A stretch of DNA of 64,000 bases. Source: Mustelus asterias. Taxonomy: Eukaryota. The notes under the pieces are model-generated. The model made no database searches and was not told the DNA's origin. It worked only from the letters and a program-made list of their open reading frames with translations. The translations under genes were made by a program, and so were the position numbers. The stretch lies in assembly GCF_964213995.1 (NCBI RefSeq), contig NC_135818.1, positions 64,356,001 through 64,420,000 of the forward strand, written 5' to 3'. Positions 23,531-37,109 of this stretch are shown here, one piece after another; the first letter of the stretch is position 1; each line of letters starts with the position of its first letter.

Positions 23531-23999
23531 CTGTTTCTGTGAAGTTCATCGCACCAACAGCATAAATCATTCAAAAACTCAGATGATTTGCAATTCATGG
23601 GGCATTTCTTCCTTACAGCCAGTCATTGGTTGATTTGTGAGTTAGTAATGGAATGTGTTGTTCAGGGCACCATTATTCTTTTCAGTAGATGCTGACCCAA
23701 TATATTTCCAAGGATAAGGATTTGTTCCAGTTAGCCTTTGAAGTGAATCCACTCTATAATTTCAATTTCTGCATCACCTGCCTATCAGTTCAACTCTAAG
23801 AATTCTACTTTCAACACTTCTGGGCCCAAGTAGCACCACATTGTAATGGATTGTTCTTTAGCCATCGGTTGTGCCATTCTCAATCAGCACCTATGCTGTC
23901 TACAGTATATTCTAATCATTTTTCCAGCAAATTGTGGGGTAAATTTCCTGCGGAAGGATTAGGGAGCTTTGTGGTGTTTTTCATCAAGATCACCATTAC

Positions 24000-26140
24000 A
24001 TAGAACATAGAACAGTACAGCACAGAACAGGCCCTTCGGCCCACGATGTTGTGCCGAGCTTTATCTGAAACCAAGATCAAGCTATCCCACTCCCTATCAT
24101 CCTGGTGTGCTCCATGTGCCTATCCAATAACCGCTTAAATGTTCCTAAAGTGTCTGACTCCACTATCACTGCAGGCAGTCCATTCCACACCCCAACCATT
24201 CTCTGTGTAAAGAACCTACCTCTGATATCCTTCCTATATCTCCCACCATGAACCCTATCGTTATGCCCCCTTGTAATAGCTCCATCCAGCCGAGGAAATG
24301 GTCTTTGAACGTTCACTCTATCTATCCCCTTCATCATTTTATAAACCTCTATTAAGTCTCCCCTCAGCCTCCTCCACTCCAGAGAGAACAGCCCTAGCTC
24401 CCTCAACCTTTCCTCATAAGACCTACCCTCCAAACCAGGCAGCATCTTGGTAAATCTCCTCTGCACTCTTTCCAGCGCTTCCACATCCTTCTTATAGTGA
24501 GGTGACCAGAACTGCACACAATATTCCAAATGTGGTCTCACCAAGGTCCTGTACAGTTGCAGCATAACCCCAGGGCTCTTAAACTCCAACCCCCTGTTAA
24601 TAAAAGCTAACACACTATAGGCCTTCTTCACAGCTCTATCCACTTGAGTGGCAACCTTTAGAGATCTGTGGATATGGACCCCAAGATCTCTCTGTTCCTC
24701 CACAGTTTTCAGAACCCTACCTTTGACCCTGTAATCCACATTTAAATTAGTCCTACCAAAATGAATCACCTCACATTTATCAGGGTTAAACTCCATTTGC
24801 AATTTTTCAGCCCAGCTTTGCATCCTATCTATGTCTCTTTGCAGCCTACAACAGCCCTCCACCTCATCCACTACTCCATCAATCTTGGTGTCATCAGCAA
24901 ATTTACTGATCCACCCTTCAGCCCCCTCCTCTAAGTCATTAATAAAAATCACAAAGAGCAGAGGACCAAGCACTGATCCCTGTGGCACTCCGCTAGCAAC
25001 CTGCCTCCAGTCCAAACATTTTCCATCACCTTCTGTCTTCGATCAGATAGCCAGTTACCTATCCAATCGGCCAACTTTCCCTCTATCCCACACCTCCTTA
25101 CTTTCATCATAAGCCGACCATGGGGGGCCTTATCAAACGCCTTACTAAAATCCATGTATATGACATCAACTGCCCTACCTTCATCAACACACTTAGTTAC
25201 CTCCTCAAAAAATTCAATCAAATTTGTGAGGCACGACTTGCCCTTCACGAATCCGTGCTGACTATCCCGGATTAATCCGCATCTTTCTAAATGGTCGTAA
25301 ATCCCATCCCTAAGGACCTTTTCCATCAATTTACCAACCACCGAAGTAAGACTAACCGGCCTATAATTACCAGGGTCATTTCTATTCCCTTTCTTAAACA
25401 GAGGAACAACATTCGCCACTCTCCAGTCCTCTGGCACCATCCCCGTGGACAGTGAGGACTCAAAGATCAAAGCCAAAGGCTCTGCAATCTCATCCCTTGC
25501 CTCCCAAAGAATCCTAGGATATATTTCATCAGGCCCAGGGGACTTATCGACCTTCAGTTTATTCAAAACTGCCAGTACATCCTCCCTCCGAACATCTATT
25601 TCCTCCAGCCTATTAGCCTGTAACACCTTCTCTTCCTCAAAAACATGGCCCCTCTCCTTGGTGAACACTGAAGAAAAGTATTCATTCATCACCTCGCCTA
25701 TCTCTACTGACTCCATACACAAGTTCCCACTACTGTCCTTGACCGGCCCTAACCTCACTCTGGTCATTCTTTTATTCCTCACATAAGAGTAAAAAGCCTT
25801 GGGGTTTTCCTTGATCCGACCCACCAAGGACTTCTCATGTCCCCTCCTAGCTCTCCTAAGCCCCTTTTTCAGCTCATTCCTTGCTAACTTGTAACCCTCA
25901 ATCGAGCCATCTGAACCTTGTTTCCTCATCCCTACATAAGCTTCCCTCTTCCTTTTCACAAGACATTCCACCTCTTTCGTGAACCATGGTTCCCTCACTC
26001 GGCCATTTCCTCCCTGCCTGACAGGGACATACCTATCAAGGACACCCAGTATTTGTTCCTTGAAAAAGTTCCACTTTTCATTAGTATCTTTCCCTGACAG
26101 TTTCTGTTCCCATCTTATGCCCCCTAATTCTTGCCTGATC
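24000..26140 (-). mobile_element. CR1-like LINE, 5'-truncated, relatively young
   Basis: RT ORFs 24949-25998 and 24077-25015 ([40 protein letters not shown]). TTCTATG tail at 24000. CATTACAT flanks both ends (possible TSD). Confidence 0.95.
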
Positions 26141-27223
26141 GCATTACATCAATGATTTTTCCATTACTCATGAGATAAAAGGTAGCAAGATCAAATGGTT
26201 TCGCAAGAGAATGCCAAAAGGCAGTAGTTGAAAGTCTGGCCGCTGATAGTGGAGTGAAGGGAGTAAGAACAAGAGGCAATCTACAGTCAGGGGAAGGGAG
26301 AACAGTGACCCAAGGGGTCCGTGCCGTTCAGAAAGAGTACACTATTGGAATAAATACAGTGACAGAATAACAGCATAACCAGAAGAGCACTGTGTCACAG
26401 AACTCTAGAGCGAGAGGCAGAGGAAGAAAATAGAATGATCAGCAGCACCAAAGTTAGCAGAAAGAACACAGAGATAGAGAAACACAATCATAGATTGGTG
26501 ACTCTGACCAGGGCGATCTCAGCACTGCTATAAACAGGCCAGATAGGGTAGAGATGCTTGACCATGATGGAAAGGGTGATTATGACGTGGCAATGATCTT
26601 GGAGAGAAAGGGCAATTTAGACATGGGGTGATCATTGAAGAAAATGTCGCGAGAATGGACTTTTCAATAAGTAAGTGGTGAAAGGAATTTTGAAAGGGAT
26701 GGGAACAAGAGGATAGGGGAAGGTTGATAGTGCTGACACGTGTTTTAAGGATGTACAATTACATGAAAATAAATATTTCTCAGAGTAATTAAACTTTTGT
26801 AAAATGAATTACTACAAAAACATTTTTTAGCTTTAATGAAATTATTATTCTCTCCCGCCTTCCTAGACTAAAATACTCACGCCTTGGCTGAGATTAATTT
26901 AGCAGAGACCAGTATCAAAATGTCATTCTGAAATGGCGCTGCATCCTTCCAGAGCTCTCCTGACAGTGTTCTTTTCAATCACCTAATGTTTGCTAACAAC
27001 TGAGTTCTATTGCAGACAAATATTCAATATATCAACATTCTCAAATAATGCCTTCGGGTAAATGGAGAGAGATCCTGTGCCACAAATAGATGGTCATGTT
27101 CAACTAATACATCTTAGAAAAGCCTGGGCAAGCTGCTTGTACTTTCCAACCACTGAAATGCATCACTGTCTACAGGCTGATACCCAATTAAAGTTTTTAC
27201 CCCCAAAAATTTCAAGCACATAA

Positions 27224-28300
27224 CAGAACTGGCTTGCCTGCAGGAGGCAGAGAGTGGTTGTAGATGGGTCTTTTTCTGAATGGAGGTCAGTCACCGGTGG
27301 AGTGCCCCAGGGATCTGTTCTGGGACCCTTTCTGTTTTGTCATTTTCATAAATGACCTGGATGAGGAAGTGGAGGGATGGGTTGGTAAGTTTGCCGACAC
27401 GAAGGTTGGTGGTGTTGTGGATAGTTTGGAGGGATGTCAGAAGTTACAGAGGGACATAGATAGGATGCAAGACTGGACGGAGAAGTGGCAGATGGACTTC
27501 AACCCGGATAAATGTGTAGTGGTCCATTTTGACAGGTCAAATGGGATGAAGGAGTACAACATCAAGGGTAAGACTCTTAGCAGTGTAGAGGATCAGAAGG
27601 ACCTTGGGGTCCAGGTCCATAGGACTCTTAAATCGGCCTCGTAGGTAGAGGAGGTGGTTAAGAAGGCATATGGTGTGCTGGCCTTCATTAATCGAGGTAT
27701 TGAGTTTAGGAGTCGGGAGATAATGATGCAGCTTTATAGGACCCTCATCAGACCCCACTTGGAGTACTGTGCTCAGTTCTGGTCGCCTCATTACAGGAGG
27801 GATGTGGAAATTATTGAAAGGGTGCAGAGAAGATTTACAAGGATGTTGCCTGGATTGGTTGGCATGCCTTATGAGGATAGGTTGAGGGAGCTCGGTCTTT
27901 TCTCCTTCGAGAGACGAAGGATGAGAGGTGACCTGATAGAGATGTACAAGATGTTGAGAGGTATAGATCGGGTGGATTCTAGGAGGCTTTTTCCCAGGGC
28001 TGAAATGGCTGCTACGAGAGGACACAGGTTTAAGGTGCTGGGGAGTAGGTACAGAGGAGATGTCAGGGGTAAGTTTTTCACTCAGAGGGTGGTGGGTGAG
28101 TGGAATCGGCTGCTGTCAGTGGTGATGGAGGCAAACTCGATAGGGTCTTTTAAGAGACTTCTGGATGAGTACATGGAACTTAATAGGATTGAGGGTTATA
28201 GGTAAGCCTATATATAAGCCTAGGTAGGTAGGGACATGACTGGCGCAACTTGTGGGCCGAAGGACCTGTGTGTGCTGTATTTTTTCTATGTTCTATGTTC
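27224..28300 (+). mobile_element. CR1-like LINE 3' part
   Basis: [33 protein letters not shown], and a (TTCTATG)n tail at about 28284-28300. Confidence 0.93.
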
Positions 28301-28464
28301 TATTAGCTCTTTGACCAAGCTTCTCGCCATCTGATTGAATCTCTCCTTCTGTGGCTCAGTGTCATACTTTGTTTATAATGCTCCTGTAAAGGGCTTACTG
28401 ATATTCCTTTATGTTAAGGTACTGTATACTTATGAGCTGTTGCTGTACTCTATTGGCAGGGACC

Positions 28465-29098
28465 ATGCTGCTCCCAGTAATCTTGCTGTTAATCATCTCC
28501 TCATTCACTGGAGAAATTTGTGCGGTGAAGAAGAAACGTCATGACCATCTTCAACAAGTCCTTCAAAGTCATGAGCAGGAATCTGATATGGCAATGGTTT
28601 CTTCTGCAAATGCTGACTTTGCTTTTGACCTCTACAAAGAAATTGCTAACCACAGCAGCTCCAACATTTTCTTCTCCCCTCTGAGTATCTCCACCGCTTT
28701 GGCCATGCTATCCCTGGGTACCAGATCTGCCACTCGTGAGCAGCTTCTCCACGGACTTCACTTCAATAATATGACAGAGGAACGAACAGCAAAAATGAAC
28801 AGAGGCTACAAGCAACTTCTACAGGCTCTAATGGCAGAACGCAATGAGCTTCAGCTATCTACAGGAAACTCCCTTCATATTCAAAAAGGTTTCGATGTGT
28901 TGCCAAACTTCCTAAATAAGACCAAGAAGTTTTACAATGCGGAGGTGTTCCCTTTAGATTTTAAACTGGATCCCGAAAATGCCAAGCAACAAGTGAATGA
29001 TTACGTGAAAAAGATGACAAAAGGAAAAATTAAAAAAATGTTTTCCACAATTGACCCTGAAACTAAACTAATGCTTATTAACTACGTCTTTTTTAAAG
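28465..29098 (+). CDS. Clade A (alpha-1-antitrypsin-like) serpin, first coding exon
   Basis: Acceptor TTGGCAG at 28459 and ACCATG. Signal peptide MLLPVILLLIISSFTG, then NADFAFDLYK..NIFFSPLSISTALAMLSLG..LINYVFFKG. Donor at 29099, phase 1. Confidence 0.95.
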
Positions 29099-29429
29099 GT
29101 AAATCCATTTTTGCCATTGAATGTTTTGTACGTTATACATCCATTATTATAAAGAGTGTTATAATTCAAGTCGGAAACTCCAAAGTGTTTTATGAAGCCC
29201 ACCTGGATCATTACTTTTGCAATTTGAAATTGGCTAGGGGAAGCATGAGCTGCTTCACTTCAGGTATGATTCAAATGAGCCACTAGGTAGTTTTTTTACC
29301 AAACAAAGTTTATTTAAGAATACAGTTAATATGTATAGAAAGAAAATTAGCAATAAATTTTACCAATTACAAACAAGAAAAAAAAACCTTGACATTGTGT
29401 CAACCTTAACAGCTTAGTCAGCTAAGAAA

Positions 29430-29655
29430 CCGGGTGCTCCGGTTTCCTCCCACAGTCCAAAGATGAGCGGGTTAGGTTGATTGGCCATGCTAAAAATTGC
29501 CCTTAGTGTCCTGAGATGCGTAGGTTAGAGGGATTAGTGGGTAAATATGTAGGGATATGGGTGTAGGGCCTGGGTGGGATTGTGGTCTGTGCAGACTCGA
29601 TGGGCCGAAAAGCCTCTTTCTGTACTGTAGGGTATCTATGATTCTATGATTCTAT
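29430..29655 (+). mobile_element. HE1/V-SINE-like SINE 3' part
   Basis: CCGGGTGCTCCGGTTTCCTCCCACAGTCCAAAG...(ATTCTATG)n tail. Confidence 0.8.
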
Positions 29656-30309
29656 GCTGAAAAGCTCAGAATCTGGTGAGCAGAGACGTTTGAGTAATTA
29701 ATCGCAGAATAGGAGAATACAGATACTTACATCTTAGAAACAAATAACAAGATGTTACCAGAATCAAGTTAGAGAGCAGGGAATTAATGGACATTGCACA
29801 CAAATATTGTTCAATCTCAATTTTAAAATCATGTATTCTGCTTTTATGTTGACATTATATTTTGATTTAATATTAATATTTATGCTTGGAAAAACAGATG
29901 CCATTTTGGGAAGCAGAGAAGTAGAGTTGGTTCGAACATAGAACTCTGCAGTACAGACAGAGGAGCTGGGTGTTACAGTGTGGCACACTGCTGGGTCATT
30001 GTAATTACAGTGGACCAAGATTACATGGCTGATTTTTTTAATATGTTGGATTGGAAATCATAATGTAAAAGCAGGAAGTAAAGTTTTGCAGATATAAGAT
30101 TTTGCACACACCCTTGTGTTGCTAACACTGTAATAGTAATCAAAACACTTGCTCTTTTATACTCTCCTCATTCATACTCTCCCACTGCCCAAGGATGGCA
30201 CTGTCATGTCTCAATGTTACAAGAAAACTAGTTATTGCTGCTAGCTCCATTGCTGTTTAGTGTGGTGCAGCACAATGTAACCTGTGGGTTCTGAGGGCAA
30301 ATGTTGCAG

Positions 30310-31025
30310 TATTAGGAGACTTAGGAAACTTAGGGGTGATCTTATAGAGGTCTATAAAATAATGAGGGGCACAGATCAGTTAGATAATCAACATCGTTTC
30401 CCAAAGGTAGGGGAGTCTAAAACTAGAGGGCATAGGTTTAAGGTGAGAGGGGAGAGATACAAAAGGTCCAGAGGTGCAATTTTTTCACACAGAGGGTGGT
30501 GAGTGTCCGGAACAAGCTGCCAAAGGTAGTAGCAGAGGTGGGTACAATTTTGCCTTTTAAAAAGCATTTAGACAGTTACATGGGTAAGATGGGTATAGAG
30601 GGATATGGGCCAAATGCGGGCAATTGGGACTAGCTGAGTGATGTGCGATTAATTCACTCGGGAGGCTAGATTGTACCCGGGAAATAAAGGCTTTTATTAC
30701 TGACAAGAATGGAGCACACTATATACAATACAATCCCAGACTAAAGGGTCTCCAGGCAGTGCAGTGACGTTTATACTTCCCCTGGTAGGCGGAGCCAACT
30801 GGAGTGTACCACAGAACAATATCAACAGGTAGAACAGCCCAACCCTAACACCAACAGTAATTACAGTAACATATCTACAAACCCCATAGTGCTGACCATC
30901 CATGGCTCAGCACTCATAATGGTAACCAACTATGGTTCACCACACTGAGTGGTTAAAAAAAAAGGGCGGCATGGACAAGTTGGGCCAAAGGGCCTGTTTC
31001 CATGCTGTAAACCTCGATGACTCTA
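30310..31025 (+). mobile_element. CR1-like 3' fragment split by a solo LTR
   Basis: LRGDLIEVYKIMRG..TRGHRFKVRG, and the CR1 3' UTR resumes after 30949. Confidence 0.8.
30639..30944. mobile_element. Solo LTR
   Basis: TG...CA ends with a 5-bp TSD CTGAG at 30634-30638 and 30945-30949. Confidence 0.8.
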
Positions 31026-32697
31026 TTAAAACTATTGGCAGATACGAAATATTCGAGGGCCATGAAACACTTGATACCACATTCAATTTGCCTGTTGTTT
31101 ATTTTGACATTTGTTGCTCTAAGTGCTTCTGGGAAGAATCCCATGTATTGTAGAAATCATAAAATCATGGAATAGTATAGCACAGGTGGAAACCATTCAA
31201 TCTATCAAGCCTGTACTAGCTTTTTCAAAGAGGAATCCAGTTAGTTCCAATCCCCCACTCTTCCCCATATTCCCACGTTTTTTTCTTCAAATTCTATCCT
31301 TTTGAAAGCTACCCTTAAATCACTTTCCACCAGCTTATCATTCCAAATTCTAACCACTTGCTGCATTGAAAAGTTTGTTTTTCCTGATGGCATCTCTAAT
31401 TCCTTTGTCAATCGCCTTTAGTTTGTGCCATTCAATCACTGGAATCATTTTGTTTGCATTTACTCTATCTAAACCATGGATGTCTTCAAACCCCTCTATC
31501 AAATCTTCTCTTCCTCTGTTCTCAGGAGAACAACCTAAGCTTCTCCAGTCTTCCCACACAGCCGTAATCTCTCATTCCTGGAATCGTTCAAATTTCTCTA
31601 AATATTTTCTCCTCTCCCAATTCCTCTGGTGAAGCAATTCTGGAATTGAATCATCAAGTTTGCTCTTCCGTGACCTCATTACCTTTACTGTGCTGTATTA
31701 TTCCTTGCAGAATAAAGACTCCCCTGCTTTTCCTGTGCTAATGTTGGGCAAAACATTTGTCTGTAACATTTGTTACAAAGAATAATTGTTTAGAAGGAAT
31801 TTTACCAACAACTGAAGAGCTTTCTGCCATTCTAATAACATCTGTAAGTCCAAAGGATTCCATCACATCTATAGCTGCTCTATTTAAACAGTCAGGGCCC
31901 AGGAGAAGGATCCTTAGTCGATGCGAATAGGCAACTCCAAGAATTGAAAACTGCAACATTTACATTGTAACGCTGCTGAAATCAACTGTTGACAGCATCA
32001 TGCCAAAGGGCTGAAATTCCCTAGTTCCTGCTGCACAACTGGAAGGTTTGGGGAGCAGGAGTCCCTGCTATCTTATCCTGAGGTAGGCAGTTCATCTCAA
32101 AGGGACAGAGCCATTAGCATCTTTGGGGCCAGTGCATTGTGCCTGTAAGGATGCGCACCAGAGTCCAACCCAGTGGAGGCTGGGACTATCAGAGATGTCC
32201 AAGGTGAGGAAGGCCCACGTAGGGCCTCACAGTACAATAGCCACACAATTCTTCAGCTGTTATCCCTGTAGAATGGAAGATCCACCTCCCCCCATCACCA
32301 GCACCACCTCTTGAAGAGGGTTTATCTTTTGTAGCTTTTACCCCTAGTGAAAGACAGAGGCTCTCAACAGACATGGGGTCCAATGGGCAATCAAATGATG
32401 GAATCTCCTCAGAAAATGCTGGAGCGCCCCAGATTTATCCCCTTTGGAGTTGAGATGGCTCGCAGAAAATAATCCATAACCTACCTCGATGGAATTTCTT
32501 TTCCAAGGAACAAAATCCTATTGGAACCACATTCTGCTCTATTTTCCATCACTAATAGGTTTCACTGGAGATGGATTAATAGTCAGTGTAGAATCTCAGG
32601 CTGCAAATGTGTTATCAATAAGTGCAACAATAAGCTCATATATGCTTCCCACTCATCATTACTCTTTCAGAATCAATTTGTCAGAATTAACTACTGG

Positions 32698-32983
32698 TGT
32701 TTTAATAACTTTGAAGGTAATTCGTTGCGGCTTCAAGTTATAAAGGGTTTATTACCAACAATATCTATGTACAAACAAAGATCTGACAGAATTGTAATAC
32801 ACATCTGCTCTCTGCTCCTCCCTGGCTCTAACTGAGGTTTCTCCCCAGCCCAGGATGGGCACTTTTGCCCCCGATTTGCTTGGCTTCCTGCATTGCCTCT
32901 CCATAGGGTCCGGCCTGATCATGTGGCCCTCAGGGATTGCTCCCTTAAGGCGGGGGGGGGGGGGGGGGGGGGACACCACCACA
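32698..32983. mobile_element. Probable solo LTR related to the LTR at 1845-2105
   Basis: Shares TCCATAGGGTCCGGCCTGATCA and layout with 1845-2105. TG...CA ends with an imperfect 5-bp flanking repeat ACTGG/GCTGG. Confidence 0.6.
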
Positions 32984-33021
32984 GCTGGGTTACCAAACTC
33001 TGTCAAATTTCTGTCTGACAG

Positions 33022-33295
33022 GAAACTGGAAGGAGCCATTTGATCCAACTGTGACTCGTGAAGCATTCTTCAATGTGGACAAAACCACAAAAGTAAAAGT
33101 TCAAATGATGTTCCAAAATGACTGGTTCAGTGAGATATCTGACTTCCATCTTTCCAGTAATGTAATTAAACTTCCTTATGTTGGAAATGCATCAATGATC
33201 GCCATCTTGCCTGCGGAAGGAAAACTAGAAGACGTGGAACAAAATCTTTCCCGAGAAAAATTTGAAGAGTGGCTCCAACGACTTGGCCACAGAAG
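33022..33295 (+). CDS. Clade A serpin, coding exon 2
   Basis: (G)NWKEPFDPTVTREAFFNVDKTTKVKVQMM..LPYVGNASMIAILPAEGKL, with AG/GT boundaries, phase 1/2. Confidence 0.95.
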
Positions 33296-33436
33296 GTAAC
33301 TAAAATCTCACTCCAAACAGTCAGGTTAAATATCTGAAGATTTTATTCTTAAATTGATATTACCAGTACAAGTGTTAATGGTTTGAAATGTATCTTTGCT
33401 TGCTTTCTCCCTTGTGTTCAATAATCTATTTAGCAG

Positions 33437-33587
33437 GCGACGATTTTTCCTCTCCTTTCCAAAACTGTCATTGTCAGTGTCATGCGAACTGAAAAATATC
33501 CTAAAGGAAATGGGAGTGAGAGATCTATTTACAGACGATGCTGACCTATTTGGAATAAGTACAAATACAAGTCTGAAAGTTTCACAG
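33437..33587 (+). CDS. Clade A serpin, coding exon 3
   Basis: RRFFLSFPKLSLSVSCELKNILKEMGVRDLFTDDADLFGISTNTSLKVSQ, with TAGCAG acceptor and GTGAGT donor, phase 2/0. Confidence 0.95.
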
Positions 33588-33856
33588 GTGAGTTCATTAA
33601 GATGTAGAACATTTTCTTCCATTCTTGCACTTGCACATTTGGGACGTACGTACGTGTATATTAACGAGAATGACAATAAGCACACTACTTCTCAGCATCT
33701 ATTTCTGTTAACTAACTGAAATCAACCTGCCTAATGTACATGGCATTTTGCAGATGGCTCGTGAGCCAGGAAAAGGTGGTGGAGATTCTTTGTTAATTAA
33801 GGATGACATTAGTACAATGATGAGAGATAACCGTAGTTCTGAAAATCAAGTGGTAG

Positions 33857-34984
33857 GGGACTATCTTACTGGCTCGTCACACCGGTCGATTGGCATGGTG
33901 AGCTGATAGGGTCAGGCAAGAGGCGATAAATCAGGTTTGTGCCCGGTTTCTTGCCTCTTGCGATATTGCCGACCCAGTTCTATCGGCGTAATCTGGGCGC
34001 GAGGCTGATTTAAATATTTATAACATTATTTAAGTATCATTAGTGAGTCCAGGACACAATTGTCTGGGCTCACTTGCCTTAACGACCTTGCCAGTAGAGG
34101 TCCCCAACAATGGGGATTAGATGTGATGGCCTCGCCGGGGGGAGCAGAGGCCATTGAGACCCTTGTGGTGGCCAGGGGCAAGGGCAGCATGGGACTGCCA
34201 GCCTGACACCCTAGTAGTGACAGTCTGATACCCTGTCACTGCTCTTTGGGAACCCTAGCACTGCCAACCTGGCACCCTGGCAGTGCCCACTAGGCATTGG
34301 GCAGTGCCAATGGGTGGGGCCTACAGGGAGGGGAGGGACGGGGCCTGAAGATGGTGGGCCCATGACAGGGAGGCGGGGTGTGGGGAGCTTCATAGGGGAG
34401 GAAACTCTGCATCGGGGATTGTTGGGGCGGTGACCAACTGGGGACGGAATGGGGGCGGTGATTGGCCAGGGAGGAATGGGGGGTGGCCAGCAGAGCAGGG
34501 GCCGCAATCGGGGGGGCAAGGGGGGTTAGTCCGATGTCCATGTGGGGGTGAGAGGAGGTCTCCCGGTTCACCGGCAGATCAGGGCACCCTGTGGAATGGT
34601 GCCGGAGTGCTCTGAAGCTGGTTTCACCAGTTTATGTAAGCTCCGTCCCATCCCCGTAAGGTTCCCTGCTGTCAAAAAACGTGTTTTTAGTGTTTTTAGT
34701 GTTGTTAAACTTCTTACTGTGTTTACCCCAGTCCAACGCCGGCATCTCCACGTCAAAAAACGTGACAGAGCACTGGAAGATTGCAGGGCCAAGCTCGCCG
34801 AAAAGACCGGCGCAGAGGACTCCCGTTTTATCAATGTTATGACACTTCAGCCCAAATATTACGGCCGTTCCCGCCGGTGGAATTTTCCCAACCCAGCGAA
34901 GTGAACAGAGATTTGGTTGGGCGCCAAATTCTCCCACCTCTCTGCCACGGGAGTGTGGCGTGAACAGCCAGTAAGATCGGGCCC
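33857..34984. mobile_element. GC-rich MITE-like element with terminal inverted repeats
   Basis: Left end ATCTTACTGGCTCGTCACACC vs right end GGCGTGAACAGCCAGTAAGAT (imperfect inverted repeat). No credible coding capacity. Confidence 0.65.
34684..34751 (+). mobile_element. Ultra-short (68 bp) Penelope terminus insertion
   Basis: GTGTTGTTAAACTTCTTACTGTGTTTACCCCAGTCCAACGCCGGCATCTCCAC is identical to the end of the 20903 element. TSD GTCAAAAAACGTG at 34671-34683 and 34752-34764. Confidence 0.85.
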
Positions 34985-35517
34985 TTAGAATATTTGGGGG
35001 AAAAGTCTGCCTAAGATCCTGAGGGGACTTGAAAGGATCAATGTGGAAAGGGCGTTTCCTCTGTGGGAGAATCCGGAACCAGAGGTCACTGTTTCAAAAT
35101 AAGGGGTTACCCATTTAATTCAGAGATGAGGAGAATTATTTTCTCTCATTGTGTCAAGAGTCTTTGGGATTCTCTCTCTCTAAGCAAGGGGGATGCTGGG
35201 AATGCGGAGCTGAGGTTGCCATCAGCAACCATAATCCTACTGAATGGTGGGGCTGGTTTGAGGGCCCATATGCCCTACTCCTCCTTTTAATTTTTATGTT
35301 TGTACTTCCCAGTAATACATGTGGAATCTACAGGGCTACGGAAAGAGAACAGAGAGATCAGTTTAGGTTGCAAGTTGAGATGAAAGGCTCACTCTGTTAA
35401 GTGTTATAGCTTTAAAATGCTGGTTTACAATATAACAATCGTATCGAACCTTTTCAATGACCATCATTTACAGTGCATCTGTAGCTCAACATTTCTTTTC
35501 CTCTCCTGTTTCACAAG

Positions 35518-35718
35518 GTGACTCATAAGGCAGTGCTGGACATTGATGAAAAATCTACAGAGGCGGCTGCAAGCACTGGAATAAAAATAACCCCAATGTC
35601 ACTGCCACCTTCAATCACATTTAACAAACCATTCCTTTTGATCATCTATGAGGAAAACAGAAACAACATACTCTTTCTTGGAAGAATAAAAGATCCATCC
35701 AAGAAATCTTCTCCATGA
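35518..35718 (+). CDS. Clade A serpin, last coding exon (reactive centre loop)
   Basis: VTHKAVLDIDEKSTEAAASTGIKITPM-SLPPSITFNKPFLLIIYE..ILFLGRIKDP..stop. Total CDS 634+274+151+201=1260 nt, i.e. 419 aa. Confidence 0.95.
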   Translation: MTHKAVLDIDEKSTEAAASTGIKITPMSLPPSITFNKPFLLIIYEENRNNILFLGRIKDPSKKSSP

Positions 35719-35964
35719 ATTTCACCTACACAGTGAAAAAAATCAAAATACACGTCAATTCTAAGGCTGAGAATGACAGACATATGTAATCAACCCAATA
35801 TTACAATACATCGCCATCGCAATTATTTCTTTTTTTCCCCCAGGAATAGGTCAAAATACACAACAGATCCATCAGCATCTGCAAAGAGGATATACAAGTT
35901 AACATGTCAGCTGTAATCCTTCGTCACTGAAAACTGAAAGCCAGGCAAACATTTTAGTATGGCT

Positions 35965-36345
35965 GGGGGATAGTGGCATTGAGGTAATGTCACTGGACTA
36001 GTAATCCAGAGTCCCAGGCTAATGCTCTAAGGCAAGGGTTCGAATCCCACCACAGCAGCTGGTGGAGTTTAAATTCAATTAATAAATTCTGGAATATAAA
36101 GCTAGTCTGCCTATTTATGACCAATGAAAATATCATTGATTTGGGTAAAACTGGTTTAGTAATGCCTTTAGGGAAGGAAATTTGCCATCCCCGGCTGGTA
36201 TGGCCTATATGTGTCTCAAGATCCACAGCAACGTGGTTGGCTCTTAACTGCCCTTTACGATTGCCTGGCAGGTTACACAGTTCAAGGGCAATTAGGGATG
36301 GCCAACAAATGCTGGCCTTGTCGAGGGACGCACACAGCCTATGGA
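35965..36345 (+). mobile_element. tRNA-derived SINE with L2-type tail (SacSINE1/DeuSINE-like)
   Basis: A-box-like TAGTGGCATTGAGGTAA, B-box GGTTCGAATCCC, and tail AAGGGCAATTAGGGATGGCCAACAAATGCTGG. Family name from recall. Confidence 0.65.
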
Positions 36346-37109
36346 AAAAAAGGGGTGAACAATTGATCCTCCTCCAATCACAAAGTTAACAAGCAATCTG
36401 CTCAGCAGAAAAAAAGCTAGGTGCTTTCGAAAATGAATTCTGAGTGAGGATCAGTTAGTACATCGAACCTGTTCTTTATGTCACTTGGGGCATCTGGACA
36501 CCAACATGCCTCTCTCCCCATCACACAAACACAGGCAATAAAGTGCAAGGTCAACATAGAGAAAGGGAATCCGAGGAAGTTTCCCTAGGAAATTATGGAA
36601 AGGATCAGACAAGAAAAACATGCAAGAATATTGGGGAAATGGGAAGAAAAGAACAAACTGTGCAGATGTGTGGTGTGGGACCAGAAATGCAGAGCTAGTT
36701 TGCTGATCACAAAAGGATTACAACAGACCAAGGTAAACACACCAACTTTATACCCTATTATGGCAGTCTACACTCAAAAGGACAAGTTATCACCCTCTCC
36801 CAGAATGTCACATCCTCTAAAATTAACTTTCAGATCAGAGGCTACAAAACGTTCAGGAAAATAAGATACTGCTCCTTTGCAGTTTTTTTTTCCCGCTCCT
36901 TATTTTCTGTTATACTGATCAACAGAAATTAGGTTAATTAGTACATCGAAATAAATTCTTGAAGCACAATTATCTGTTAATTCTGTCGTGTAAAACAGAC
37001 TGCACGCATGTGTATTTCTTCATTGTCCGTATACAAGCCACAGTGAAATTTGAAGCATTTAGAACAGCAGTTGATGCTTACGAGGAAGACGTGGTATGAT
37101 CCATCTTCC

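Noticed and set aside
28411-29286. Single 291-aa serpin ORF as listed in the ORF track
   Set aside because: It reads through intron sequence at both ends. The true exon is bounded by the acceptor at 28459 and the donor at 29099.
35965-36055. tRNA gene
   Set aside because: A- and B-box-like motifs continue into a SINE body and LINE-type tail, and no clean cloverleaf is evident.
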